Counted from the first letter of the stretch, positions 35,467 through 45,569 are shown. The stretch is DNA of 64,000 nucleotides from Candidatus Woesearchaeota archaeon (GCA_043803105.1 JAZDKJ010000002.1:1-64000), one strand, 5' to 3'. Translations and numbers: made by a program. The notes: a model not told the origin generated them from the sequence alone.

Positions 35467-37309
35467 TTTTAACCTCCTTGACTAGTTTGTCTGCTCTGAG
35501 CAAGCCTGCTCCATAAATTGCAGCATTATTCGGGTCTTGGCAGTTCCCAAGCCCTTCTGCAGTCTTCTCCAACAGTTCTCTGAACACATCCTGGCCCATG
35601 CTGTGCATCGAGCGTGCCATTGCTGCAGCTCCAGCAAGGTGCGGACTGGCCATCGATGTACCGCTAAGGTTTTCATAACCGCCGGGTATTGATGAGTACA
35701 CCCCCACCCCAGGACAGCTTATCGCATTTGTCTCCCATATGTTGCTGAACTCTGCATGTTCTTTGCTCCGATCCACTGCCGCTACCGCAAGCACGCAATC
35801 GTATGCTGCTGGATAGCTTGGCCCATAACCCTCGTTGCCTGCTGCTGCTGTTATGACTAGCCCTGCCTGCATTGCCTTTAGGAATGCCTCATACTCTATC
35901 TCTGACCTGCTCGGCGACCCTAGGCTTAGGTTTATTACATCAAGCTTGTGGTTTATCGCCCATCCAACAGCCTCCAGTATGCTTGAGAGCCTACCGCTTC
36001 CATTCTCATCCAGCACCCGAAGGCTATAAAGCCTGCACTTGTTCGCTACCCCAGTGTTTTCTCCTGCAGTTATCCCTGCCACATGGGTGCCATGCTTGTT
36101 ATAGTCAAACGGCTCGTCATTGTCTCTGATGAAGTCCCATCCCTTTTCCTTCCCGAAGCGTTGTGCAAGCTCCGCATGAGTATAGTCCACACCTGTGTCT
36201 ATTATTCCAACATTCACATTCGCGCCAGCGCTTGTTTGCTGCGCTTCTATCGCTCCGATGTTTTCAAGGTTCCACATTTCCTCCAAACCTTGTTGTCCTG
36301 CGTATTTCTTGCCTGTAAACTCAGCAATGATTTCCGGTATGTAGATTCCCTTGTTCCAGCACCACCTGCTGCTCTCGAAATGCTTTCTTAGTCGAGGTGA
36401 CATCATCTGCCTGCTTCCAAGCATGTTGTGAAGCCTCTGCAGGTCTCTCTCTTCACCATGCACCACTGCATATCCGGCATGCCTTAATGCCTTTGCTTCG
36501 CATCCTGTCTCTCGTTTCAGGAGCTGTATGGATTCCTCGCCTTCTAAGCTGATTATCATGCTCCTAGCTCCTAGAAGCTTCCTGTCAAGTATTTCCTGCA
36601 GGTCTTCCTTCCTGTAATGCAGTCTTTTCTGGCTTTGTTCAACATCGCCTAAGATGTCCTTTGACCAGAGCATGCCAAAGAAAGAATAGCTTGTTCCAAT
36701 GAATGAGTCAATTATCTCTTGCGTCTGTTCCCGTAACTTAAATACGTCGTATTCGTGCTTTGCTATCTTGGCTGCATTACTTAATACCTCTTTGATTGAG
36801 TAATGCTTTGGGCTCTGCTCAAGTCTATTCGCAAGGTTTGTGATGAGCACATTGTACACCCTGTTGTTGAAATCCAGCCTCTTGTCATCATCCTTGTACT
36901 CTTCATTTCTGGCCTTGATGTCTGTTCCTGGTGCAAAGAGCACCTTTGATCCTTTTGCACTGCAAAGCCCGAATTGTGCCTTGCCTGCTGCGCATTTGGA
37001 GTATAGTTCGCTTACCAGATCGCCTAACTCAGTTTTTCCAGAGCCTTCAACTTTTATGAGTTGGTTGTTTTCTATTTTGTATAATCTGTTCTTCTCTGCC
37101 ACGAATGTTGTTGAACTTGCTGGGAGCTCGGTTATTAGCCCAGCTATCTGCTTTGTATCCATGCCCTTGAGCTTCTCGAGAATTCTAAGGAACTCAGTGT
37201 CTGAAAAACCGATTACTGAGTTGCCAATCCTGTAGAGATGTTGTGCACTTGCATCAGGCACATAGATGCAGGCACCCTTGTCAGACACTGCTGCATAGAC
37301 CTTAGCCAT
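35402..37309 (-). CDS. S8 (subtilisin-family) serine protease with long unknown N-terminal region, no signal peptide
   Basis: Catalytic triad motifs IIDTGVD, HGTHVAG and GTSMASPH, plus oxyanion motif AAAGN. Confidence 0.93.
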   Translation of the reverse strand: MAKVYAAVSDKGACIYVPDASAQHLYRIGNSVIGFSDTEFLRILEKLKGMDTKQIAGLITELPASSTTFVAEKNRLYKIENNQLIKVEGSGKTELGDLVSELYSKCAAGKAQFGLCSAKGSKVLFAPGTDIKARNEEYKDDDKRLDFNNRVYNVLITNLANRLEQSPKHYSIKEVLSNAAKIAKHEYDVFKLREQTQEIIDSFIGTSYSFFGMLWSKDILGDVEQSQKRLHYRKEDLQEILDRKLLGARSMIISLEGEESIQLLKRETGCEAKALRHAGYAVVHGEERDLQRLHNMLGSRQMMSPRLRKHFESSRWCWNKGIYIPEIIAEFTGKKYAGQQGLEEMWNLENIGAIEAQQTSAGANVNVGIIDTGVDYTHAELAQRFGKEKGWDFIRDNDEPFDYNKHGTHVAGITAGENTGVANKCRLYSLRVLDENGSGRLSSILEAVGWAINHKLDVINLSLGSPSRSEIEYEAFLKAMQAGLVITAAAGNEGYGPSYPAAYDCVLAVAAVDRSKEHAEFSNIWETNAISCPGVGVYSSIPGGYENLSGTSMASPHLAGAAAMARSMHSMGQDVFRELLEKTAEGLGNCQDPNNAAIYGAGLLRADKLVKEVKNATRAIYNRMQANRQQARVNP

Positions 37310-37623
37310 GAAAAACTATTTGTTTCACAGCAATTTATGAGCTACGTCGAGAAATCGGAAAATTTTCCAATGATTTTGCAAAAAACAGGCACTTGCCCAT
37401 AAAATAAAAACATTCAAAATACTATTGGTTCATATTTGATGCATATGGTTCAAAATAGAAACAATTTAGAATTGGAAATCGTTTTAGTTTTGTTAATGAA
37501 CAGGTCACATCTAAGAGAGATAGCTAGAATTCTCAATCAATCCCTCTCTACAGTCCTTAGAAAAATACTCAAACTGTTAAAAGATAAAAGACAATAAGAT
37601 AATAAGAATTTAAAAAAAAGAAA

Positions 37624-38916
37624 TTACTGGAAAGCCCCAGTAACAAACTCTGGCAGCCTGTTGACATCGATTACATTCACTATCACATCTTGCGTGACAG
37701 TGTTAATCCCATCTGTTGCTGTTATTGTCACAGTGTGTGTTCCAGCATCGTCAAAGGTTGTCTTCTTGGTGTTTGAGGTCATCCATCCGCTATAGCTGAC
37801 CTGTACCTTGTCTCCATCCGGGTCTGTTACTATAGGTTCAAGTGTCGCTGTTGAATCTTCTTTCACTGTTAATTCTGGTAGGATCTCTATCACCGGCGCC
37901 TTATTTGCGCTCTTTATCGTTATTGTGAAACTCCTTATGTTTGTCATGTTTCCGTCAGAGGCAGTAACTTCCTCCCGGAATATTCCTGCATCACCTACCT
38001 CTGTCTGCCAGGTGCCATCCTCTGCCAAGGGCTTGCTGAAACTTACTTGAAGCTTATCCCCGTCAGGATCTGTTATTGTTGGCTCGATTATTATCTTGTC
38101 TCCCTCAGTAGCTGTTACGTCTGCTAGAGGTGCGATTACAGGAGCCCTGTTCACATTCTCCACTATTACCTTAACATCCTTTGATACTGTGTGAGTACCA
38201 TCGCTTGCGGTTAAAGTCACGATATAATTGCCTGAATCATCATAGGTTGTCTGGTATGCATTTGAGGTCATCCATCCGCTGTAACTCACGCTTACATTGT
38301 CTCCGTCAGGATCTTGTACAATCGGTGAGAGACTAACAATGTGGCCCTCCTTTACTGTAATCGCGGAATCTAGCTGTATAATTGGTGCGCTGTTTGAGCT
38401 CTCTACCGCGATAAGAACGTCTTGTGAGACAGTGTTTGTTCCATCAGAAGCAGTTATCGTCACCTTGTAATCTCCTGCATCTCCCTTGGCTGTCTGCCAT
38501 TGTCCTTGCGAATTAAGTGGTGCTGTAAATGTGTAGCTTATCTTGTCACCATCTGGGTCGACTGCCTGAAGGTTCGGGAAGCTCACAAGTTCTCCCTCTT
38601 TTACCACCTTTCTCGGCAGTTCCTGCACACCAGTGATGGGGGCTACTACCTCACCTGTCACAGGCGGAACCTCAACATTGGTTGGGACCTCTGTTGTTTC
38701 TTGTGATGCCTCTTGGCCAGTAGTCTCAGGCAGAGCCTCTGTTCCTGTTTGGTTTGTCTTTATCTCAGGCAACACGCAAACAGTATTGCCGTTGATGTCT
38801 AGCATCTTCACAGCTGGAGGAGTGCACTCCGTAGTTGCAGGCACAGTGTACTGGCATCCTGAAATCAATATTCCTACGACCAAAACTAAGCTAAGAAGTA
38901 AATATTTTACACCCAT
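37624..38916 (-). CDS. Putative lipoprotein with four Ig/cadherin-like repeats
   Basis: SD GAGGTGG, hydrophobic N-terminus ending LISGC, a Thr/Glu/Pro linker, and repeats DPDGD...WQT...DAGxY...TASDG similar to the C-terminal repeats of 19665..29768. Confidence 0.82.
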   Translation of the reverse strand: MGVKYLLLSLVLVVGILISGCQYTVPATTECTPPAVKMLDINGNTVCVLPEIKTNQTGTEALPETTGQEASQETTEVPTNVEVPPVTGEVVAPITGVQELPRKVVKEGELVSFPNLQAVDPDGDKISYTFTAPLNSQGQWQTAKGDAGDYKVTITASDGTNTVSQDVLIAVESSNSAPIIQLDSAITVKEGHIVSLSPIVQDPDGDNVSVSYSGWMTSNAYQTTYDDSGNYIVTLTASDGTHTVSKDVKVIVENVNRAPVIAPLADVTATEGDKIIIEPTITDPDGDKLQVSFSKPLAEDGTWQTEVGDAGIFREEVTASDGNMTNIRSFTITIKSANKAPVIEILPELTVKEDSTATLEPIVTDPDGDKVQVSYSGWMTSNTKKTTFDDAGTHTVTITATDGINTVTQDVIVNVIDVNRLPEFVTGAFQ

Positions 38917-39062
38917 CTTTTTCCACCTCAATGATACTCAATATTTGTTGCTATTACCACATATATACCCATTATATAAACTTTTAGGTAGTCAAAAATA
39001 TACTATGGCATATACTCTTGTTTTCACCAAAGCTTTAAAAAAATTCCCTGATTTTCCTCTCC

Positions 39063-40577
39063 ATGAAGGCTGACCTCTATGATAGGCAAAGGGAGTACTT
39101 CTTCTCATTCCTTGCAAGGACTGACCAGAAGGACAACACCATACAGCACCTTAAAGAAAAGATTGGAACTTATACGCCCGAAACCATGAAGGCAATAAGT
39201 GAAGGAAAAAGGGTGCGCTTCTTTGACATCGGGCCTGCGACAGGAAGGGTCACAATCCCTTTCGTCGACTCGCTTAGAAGTGATGTTGAGTTGGTGATTG
39301 AGGAGCCTAGCCTCGGCATGGCAGTAAGCTTCTTTTTGAATTACCTTACCTATGCGCTGCCGTACGAAAACTTTCACCTGAAGCATGATGGCAAACTTGC
39401 GTTTAATCAAGAGAAAAATGACTTTGTCTTGTCAAGCCATTCAATGTATTACCTGCCTGATTGGAAGAAAGCAGTCTCAGACCTATATGGTTCTCTGGTT
39501 CCGGGTGGCGCCCTCTGTATTATTGTAAGCTCAGATGACAGCAACCTAACTGCCATAAGGAAAAAATATTTTCCGAAGATTCATTCTAGCTCAGCATACT
39601 CCAATACCGATCTTGAAAGGATTCTTGGCAACCTAAGCCTAGATTATGACAGCTTCGATATCTGCTCAAGAATAGACTTTGCTGACCAGATTCCGAATCC
39701 TGCGACACACCTGAGAAAGGAAGGCATCTACAAACCATCTGTTGACTCGCTATGGTCTTTTTTGTTGTGGACTGATTATTCGGGGCTAAGCGACGAGCTG
39801 AAGAAACACCTTAATTCTTTTGTGAAGGACAGGCTTGACCAGGACCGCTGGCTGCAGATTAAAGACACAGCCTATTGGATAAGAAAGCCTGGCTCATCAG
39901 AGCATCAGTTTGCCAGTAGCCAAGCGAATCGAAAGATGACTCTTGAGGATGTGCTAAAGGTCTTTAGGCCGCAACTCGAAAAATATTTTGGTCCTGATGT
40001 TGCACTCATGAGCAATGGCTTGAAGGAGGCGTATTACACAGTACTTGCCTTTGATTGCGTGCTTACACACCCTTTGACAAAAGTAACCATAATGGAAGAG
40101 TATAATTCAACCATTGATGACAATGAGGGTTACCCTTCTCCGTTAGAGGGAAAACAGATGAGGGATTTTGTTGTTTTTGATCCTTGCCTGCGTATGACTA
40201 AGTTGTCTGAATGGCCAACTTATCTTGACCAGCACTACCTGTTCTGGCATGGAAAGAGCTTTGATACCACTCTGTATTTGCTGGATCATATCGCACAGGA
40301 ATTTCAGTTCCTGAAGGAAGAAGACAAGGTAGGTCTAAATGGCAAGGAGTTCCTAAGGTTTATCTTGAATCTTGTTGACAAGCATTTGCCTGGCAGGGTT
40401 TTCTCAAACAGGTATGATGGCTCCACGCATCTCACCGACTTCTTGCATAGCCCTATGCTATCACAGACTGCCTTGCGCGTGCCTGAGACTCTTACCCCAG
40501 AATTGATTTCGTTGTATGATGGCGCAGGGCTCACACTTCCCGAGCCATCTCCCAGAGAAGCTCAAAATATTTTCTGA
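39063..40577 (+). CDS. Class I SAM-dependent methyltransferase with unknown C-terminal domain
   Basis: Motif I FDIGPATG, DFVLSSHSMYY and LVPGG. The C-terminal ~220 aa is not recognised. Confidence 0.75.
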   Translation: MKADLYDRQREYFFSFLARTDQKDNTIQHLKEKIGTYTPETMKAISEGKRVRFFDIGPATGRVTIPFVDSLRSDVELVIEEPSLGMAVSFFLNYLTYALPYENFHLKHDGKLAFNQEKNDFVLSSHSMYYLPDWKKAVSDLYGSLVPGGALCIIVSSDDSNLTAIRKKYFPKIHSSSAYSNTDLERILGNLSLDYDSFDICSRIDFADQIPNPATHLRKEGIYKPSVDSLWSFLLWTDYSGLSDELKKHLNSFVKDRLDQDRWLQIKDTAYWIRKPGSSEHQFASSQANRKMTLEDVLKVFRPQLEKYFGPDVALMSNGLKEAYYTVLAFDCVLTHPLTKVTIMEEYNSTIDDNEGYPSPLEGKQMRDFVVFDPCLRMTKLSEWPTYLDQHYLFWHGKSFDTTLYLLDHIAQEFQFLKEEDKVGLNGKEFLRFILNLVDKHLPGRVFSNRYDGSTHLTDFLHSPMLSQTALRVPETLTPELISLYDGAGLTLPEPSPREAQNIF

Positions 40578-41268
40578 ATGACGCTGCAACGTTTCTATCT
40601 TCTATCAATATGGCTATTGGGTTGTCAGAGAATATCAGCATCCCGACCTTGTCTGCATACACGTTTAAGGCTAGCGGGCTGTCAAATTCCTTTTGTATAA
40701 ATCTCACTTGCGTATAGGGTAATTTCGAAAGAAAACCTGCGCGTTTTGTTTCCTTTTCATTCAGGATAATCCTGTCTTTAAGCCTTGTCCGCACCCTCTT
40801 TTCATGAAACCATGACAAATAAGTCTTTATGAATCGAATCCTTGTCGTGCTGTAGCAAATGTTCGGCCTGTTGGTCTTCAGGATGTCGTTGAGTACTGTG
40901 ATCAGGCCATTCCTGCCTTCAAAGACAGTAACCCTTTGCTTTTCCTTTGTGGTTCTCTGCGTAAGGAGAAGTGAAGGAAGGATCTTCTTCAACTCCTCTT
41001 CCCTGCAGCGAAGGTCCTCATGCTCTTTCTCTATTAAGGCAAGGAAATGCCTCGGGTTTGTTGCCTGAAAGAATTTCTTGTTTGATTTTGTTACATACCC
41101 GACCAGTCCTTTCTTTATCAGCCTTTCTATAGAGTCATAGACATTTCTCCTGTGAATTCCGGTCTTTGTTGTTATCTCTCCTGCAAGCGAGCTTCCGTAA
41201 GCTAAAAGCGTCTTGTAGACCTTTATCTCATTATCAGTTAATCCAAACCTTCGTAACAGCTCGTCCAT
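40531..41268 (-). CDS. TrmB-family transcriptional regulator
   Basis: FGLTDNEIKVY...HRRNVYDSIERLIKKGLV wHTH, a coiled linker, and an effector domain ending FRKYFELLW. Confidence 0.9.
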   Translation of the reverse strand: MDELLRRFGLTDNEIKVYKTLLAYGSSLAGEITTKTGIHRRNVYDSIERLIKKGLVGYVTKSNKKFFQATNPRHFLALIEKEHEDLRCREEELKKILPSLLLTQRTTKEKQRVTVFEGRNGLITVLNDILKTNRPNICYSTTRIRFIKTYLSWFHEKRVRTRLKDRIILNEKETKRAGFLSKLPYTQVRFIQKEFDSPLALNVYADKVGMLIFSDNPIAILIEDRNVAASFRKYFELLWEMAREV

Positions 41269-41305
41269 GCTTTTTGTGGTGTAACTTTTGCGTATTTATT
41301 GATTA

Positions 41306-41324
41306 TGGTGATTCAATATCACCA
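41306..41324. promoter_or_regulatory. Palindromic candidate operator between divergent trmB and pyrF
   Basis: TGGTGAT-N5-ATCACCA, with an additional TTTTGTGGTG half-site at 41272-41281. Confidence 0.5.
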
Positions 41325-41407
41325 CAAAAGTATATTAAACACTTGCCCTGTAACCATTTGAAAATAGAAAAAAATAAATTTTGAAAGAAGTGGGGAGGTA
41401 TTTGGAA

Positions 41408-42277
41408 ATGAGCTTTTTGGAAAAATGGTTAAATTCTGTCAGGTCAAAGGATTCTGTCCTGTGCGCAGGCATTGACCCTGCGGATTTTGAGATAGGAAGA
41501 AAGGATGAGAGTCTTCCTGCTGATGTGCTCAAAAGCGATTGGGCAAAGATGTACATAGAGGCTGTGGCACCTTTTGCCGCGGCAGTAAAGCCGAATTTCC
41601 ATTACTGGAAGGGAAAGCCCGATGCCGAGACTTTGGATGCTATTTTTCATTTAGCTGGTGCACTAGGTCTCCCGCACATTGAAGACTCCAAGTTTGCCGA
41701 TATCGGCTCTACCAATGATGCCGGCATGTTCTATGCCTCAAAAAGGTCGGATGCTGTGACTATTGCCCCATACGCCGGCAATATGGACGAGATAGCAAAG
41801 CAGGCCAAGGCAAGGAATCTGGGAGTTTTTACGATGTGCCTGATGACAAATCCCCAGTATGCACGGGAGAAGAACATGCTTGTTCCGGTTTCTGATGAAG
41901 AGACCTACCACAGGCCTGACCTCTCGCTCGTTGAGGGCAAGCTCTTTGTCAAAAGGTATATACAGCTTGCCCACGATGCAAGTAAGTTTGGTCTGACTGG
42001 TGTGGTAGTAGGTGCCCCAAGTGCTGACAACCACATAAGCGAACAGGAAATAGAGAAGGTCGCTCTATACATCGGCCATGACATGCTTGTCCTTATGCCT
42101 GGCATAGGAAAACAGAAGGGCTTTGCCCAGCTGCACTTCAAGTATTTCGGTAAGGATAGGGTTATAGCAAATGTTGGAAGGCAGCTAATGTTTCCAAACG
42201 GTGCGCAATCAAGTCCGCATGAGCAGTATGAGGCAGCTAAGCGTTTCGCGAGTGAGTTTAATGAGATGAGAATTTAG
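41408..42277 (+). CDS. pyrF: Orotidine-5'-phosphate decarboxylase
   Basis: LCAGIDP, AVKPN, catalytic DSKFADIGST, LMPGIGKQ and NVGR. SD GGAGGT precedes ATG 41408. Confidence 0.88.
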   Translation: MSFLEKWLNSVRSKDSVLCAGIDPADFEIGRKDESLPADVLKSDWAKMYIEAVAPFAAAVKPNFHYWKGKPDAETLDAIFHLAGALGLPHIEDSKFADIGSTNDAGMFYASKRSDAVTIAPYAGNMDEIAKQAKARNLGVFTMCLMTNPQYAREKNMLVPVSDEETYHRPDLSLVEGKLFVKRYIQLAHDASKFGLTGVVVGAPSADNHISEQEIEKVALYIGHDMLVLMPGIGKQKGFAQLHFKYFGKDRVIANVGRQLMFPNGAQSSPHEQYEAAKRFASEFNEMRI

Positions 42278-42284
42278 TTGATTT

Positions 42285-42887
42285 TTATTTTTTTCTTTCT
42301 TTTATTAATTTCATTGTAACCAACGCCAGCACTGCCGCTGCAAAGCACGACGCCACTATGATTGCGAATGAGTCAAGGAAGAAGCTTATTGGGAAGAGCT
42401 TAGGCAGTATTTCTCCTTCTCCGAATATGTAGCTCCCTGGCTTGAAGAACAGCCTATGGAATGCATCGAATGTGCTGCTAAAGAAAACGTTGCCAATAAG
42501 GAATAGCACGCATGTCACGATTATTGCGATCGCAGAATACCTTATCGCCTTGCCTGCAAGTTTTTTTGATTTTGCGTATATGCCTGCTAGAGAGACTGCT
42601 GCTATAGTAAAAGCCTGAATCCATGCCCACCTCAGGTCCAGAACAAATTCCTTTACGTCAGCCATATGTGATTTTTCTTTCTCCGTGAATGCTGTCGAGT
42701 TGAGCTGAGCCCTATCGTTGAGAAAATCTATCGCATTTAATCCAAGGCTTGTGTTTATTACTCCAGCCCTTTCCGCCCCGTATTGATAATAAACGTTGCT
42801 TATCATCGGCAGGGCTGCTGACAGTAAGCTAAGTGCCAAGATGCTGGTAACAAATATTATCAAGAGAATTGCTGATAAAAACTTCAC
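42285..42887 (-). CDS. DUF1461-like integral membrane protein
   Basis: Four TM segments, EKSHMADVK, FDAFHRLFF and LPKLFP. GTGA overlap with metG. Confidence 0.75.
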   Translation of the reverse strand: MKFLSAILLIIFVTSILALSLLSAALPMISNVYYQYGAERAGVINTSLGLNAIDFLNDRAQLNSTAFTEKEKSHMADVKEFVLDLRWAWIQAFTIAAVSLAGIYAKSKKLAGKAIRYSAIAIIVTCVLFLIGNVFFSSTFDAFHRLFFKPGSYIFGEGEILPKLFPISFFLDSFAIIVASCFAAAVLALVTMKLIKERKK

Positions 42888-44944
42888 CGTATTACAGCCC
42901 CATCATGCGCTGCAATTACAACCTCTTCCTCTCCTGCCTTGAGCTCTTTCCCATTGAAAGTTGGCCTCTGGTTTTTGGCTGTCAGTTTGAGCTTTGAAAA
43001 CTCTTCTATGCTGATTTGCTCCCTTCCTATGTCAAATCCTTCTGGTGCAACTTGTTCTCCAGGCTTGCTTTTTTCTGCTAAAAGTAGTTCAACCATTTCC
43101 CCTTCTTGAGCAGCCAAAAGCATTCCGTTGCTCTCAAACCCGCGAAGCTTTGTAGGCTTGAGGTTTGTCACAACAACGATGTGTTTTCCCAATAGCTCTT
43201 CATCGCTGTAGTGCTTTCTTATGCCCGCAACTATCTGCCTTTTTTCCTTGCCTAAATCAATCTGCATCACAACAAGCTTTTCAGCCTCAGGATGGCCTTG
43301 GGCACTTGTTATCTCTGCTACCTTTAGGTCAAGCGGGAATACTTCTTTCTTTGCCTCTTTCTCTATCTTCTGTATCAATGGTTCTCCCTGCTTTATCCTG
43401 AATATCTGTTTCTTGAATCCGAGGTCACCGTATCCAACGTTAAGCCCCAGCTGGTGTTCAAGGTGGTTTGAGAAGATTGGGAGTATTGGCCTTGCCAGTA
43501 TCGAAAGGTTCTTTGCTATGGTCAGGCAAAGCCCTATGACCTGCTCTGCCCTTGCCTTGTCAGTTTTTATCAATTTCCAAGGTTCATTGTCCTGGAAGTA
43601 TTTGTTTCCTATCGAGCTGATTGCCATTATCTCTCTGGCTGCAGTCTTTAAGTCAAGTGCCTCGTACGCATGCCCAACTGCCTTGATTTTCTGGTTTAGC
43701 TCATCCACTAATTTCTTCTCTTCATTGTTTGCACCTATTATCGAGTCAAAGTTCTTGTTTGCAAAGCTTATTGTCCTGTAGCAGAAGTTTCCAAGGTTTG
43801 CCACAAGCTCGTTGTTTACTCTATCGACAAGGTCGCTTATGTTCAAGTCCACATCATCTATCTTCCTTGAGAGTAGCGTGGCATAATAGTACCTTAGGTA
43901 TTCTGGCTTGTACTTGTCTGCAAACTCTTGTGCAGTAAGGAATGTGCCCCTGCTCTTGCTCATCTTTTCGCCGTTTACTGTCAGGTAGCCGTGCACTATT
44001 ATGTCGTTTGGCAGGTTGAATCCTGATTCCATCAGCATCGCAGGCCAAAAGAGCAAATGGAAGTACACTATGTCTTTTCCTATGAAGTGTATTATCTTGC
44101 TGTTCGGGTTGTTCCAGTAGTCCTCCACTTTTTTCCCGCGCTCCTTGCAATAGTGCTCTGTGCTCGCTATGTAGCCTATTGGTGCGTCGAGCCAGACATA
44201 ATAATACTTGTCAGTTTCTCCAGGTATCTTAAATCCGAAATATGGGCCATCCCTTGATATGTCCCAGTCCTCAAGGCCGTCAGATATCCATTTGCGCACA
44301 TAATTCTTGACCTCTTCCTGCAGGTTCTTGTTCTCCTCAATCCATTTGCTGATTTTCTTTTCGCATTTGCTTAGCTGGAAGAAGTAGTGTTCAGATTTTT
44401 TCTTTACAGGCGTTGTTCCGCAGACTGCGCATTTTGGATTGATTAGCTCAGTTGTTTTGAGCACGCTCCCGCATTTCTCGCACACATCGCCATATTGCTC
44501 TTCTGCCCCGCACTTAGGGCACTTTCCTTTTATGAACCTGTCTGGCAGGAACCTTTTGCATTTTGGGCAGTACATCTGATCAATTGTTTTCTTGATTATC
44601 AGCCCCTTTTCTTTTAGCTTGGAGAATATAAGGTCTGAGTACATCTTGTTTTCAGGGCTGTCTGTGGTGTAATAGCTGTCAAAGTCTATCAGGTATCTTT
44701 TGAAGTCGCGTACATGCTCTTCAAATGATTTGTCTATCAATTCCTTCGGGGTTATTCCAAGCTTTTCTGCATTGACCTGTATTGGGGTTCCGTGAGCGTC
44801 GTCTGCGCAGCAGTAGATGACATCCTCTCCCTTGAGTTTTAAGAATCTTACAAATATGTCTGTCTCGATGTACTCCAATAAGTGCCCTACGTGTATGCTT
44901 CCGTTTGCATATGGTAGCGCTGATGTTACGAGTATTTTTGTCAT
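42884..44944 (-). CDS. metG: Methionine--tRNA ligase with C-terminal tRNA-binding domain
   Basis: TSALPYANG.IHVGH, zinc knuckles, WDISRD, KMSKS and a C-terminal Trbp111-like domain (GFESNGMLLAA). Confidence 0.98.
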   Translation of the reverse strand: MTKILVTSALPYANGSIHVGHLLEYIETDIFVRFLKLKGEDVIYCCADDAHGTPIQVNAEKLGITPKELIDKSFEEHVRDFKRYLIDFDSYYTTDSPENKMYSDLIFSKLKEKGLIIKKTIDQMYCPKCKRFLPDRFIKGKCPKCGAEEQYGDVCEKCGSVLKTTELINPKCAVCGTTPVKKKSEHYFFQLSKCEKKISKWIEENKNLQEEVKNYVRKWISDGLEDWDISRDGPYFGFKIPGETDKYYYVWLDAPIGYIASTEHYCKERGKKVEDYWNNPNSKIIHFIGKDIVYFHLLFWPAMLMESGFNLPNDIIVHGYLTVNGEKMSKSRGTFLTAQEFADKYKPEYLRYYYATLLSRKIDDVDLNISDLVDRVNNELVANLGNFCYRTISFANKNFDSIIGANNEEKKLVDELNQKIKAVGHAYEALDLKTAAREIMAISSIGNKYFQDNEPWKLIKTDKARAEQVIGLCLTIAKNLSILARPILPIFSNHLEHQLGLNVGYGDLGFKKQIFRIKQGEPLIQKIEKEAKKEVFPLDLKVAEITSAQGHPEAEKLVVMQIDLGKEKRQIVAGIRKHYSDEELLGKHIVVVTNLKPTKLRGFESNGMLLAAQEGEMVELLLAEKSKPGEQVAPEGFDIGREQISIEEFSKLKLTAKNQRPTFNGKELKAGEEEVVIAAHDGAVIR

Positions 44945-45112
44945 GTATACTGTTATCGCCGCTATCTATTTAAATATTTGGGCTTTTGCCTTGGCCATGC
45001 ACATCAACAAGGAATGTTGTCCATTAGATATTGTCGTTTTCTGTCCTTTACAGAAATAACTCAGTTTTCAGAGGTCAAGGTTTATATATGGATTCATCTT
45101 CAAGGATTCAAA

Positions 45113-45343
45113 ATGGAAAAAATGGATTTTACCGCCATCATTCGCAAAGGAGAAAAACAGTATGTTGCTCTTTGTCCTGAGGTTGATGTTGTCAGCCAAG
45201 GCAATTTTGTAGGAGAGGCTCTGAGAAATCTAAAGGAAGCTGTGGAATTGTACATAGAAGAGATGGGCTGGCCAGAGGAATTCAATGGAAAAGCGGCAAT
45301 AATCAAGCAGTTCAAGATAACAGAGAATGCAAAAGCTTCCTAG
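45113..45343 (+). CDS. hicB: HicB-family antitoxin
   Basis: YVALCPEVDVVSQG...EALRNLKEAVELYIE, with a TTTATATA box upstream. Confidence 0.88.
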   Translation: MEKMDFTAIIRKGEKQYVALCPEVDVVSQGNFVGEALRNLKEAVELYIEEMGWPEEFNGKAAIIKQFKITENAKAS

Positions 45344-45569
45344 GCTTTCTGGAAAAGAAGTTGTTAGAATTCTTTCAAGAACAGGTTTTGTATTCACAAG
45401 ACAAAAAGGAAGCCACATCATTCTAGTAAAGCAAACAGCTGATGGCAAAAAGGCTGTTGTGGTTCCAAATCATGCTGAAATTGACAGAGGCACTTTGCTT
45501 GAAATCATAAGGCAGGCGGGTGAAAAAGGACGGCTTTTTGAGATTAATTTGATTACAAGAACTGGCTAA
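45327..45569 (+). CDS. hicA: HicA-family toxin (C-terminus possibly frameshifted)
   Basis: KLPRLSGKEVVRIL...RQKGSH...VVVPNH...GTLLEIIRQAG. Confidence 0.88.
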   Translation: MQKLPRLSGKEVVRILSRTGFVFTRQKGSHIILVKQTADGKKAVVVPNHAEIDRGTLLEIIRQAGEKGRLFEINLITRTG

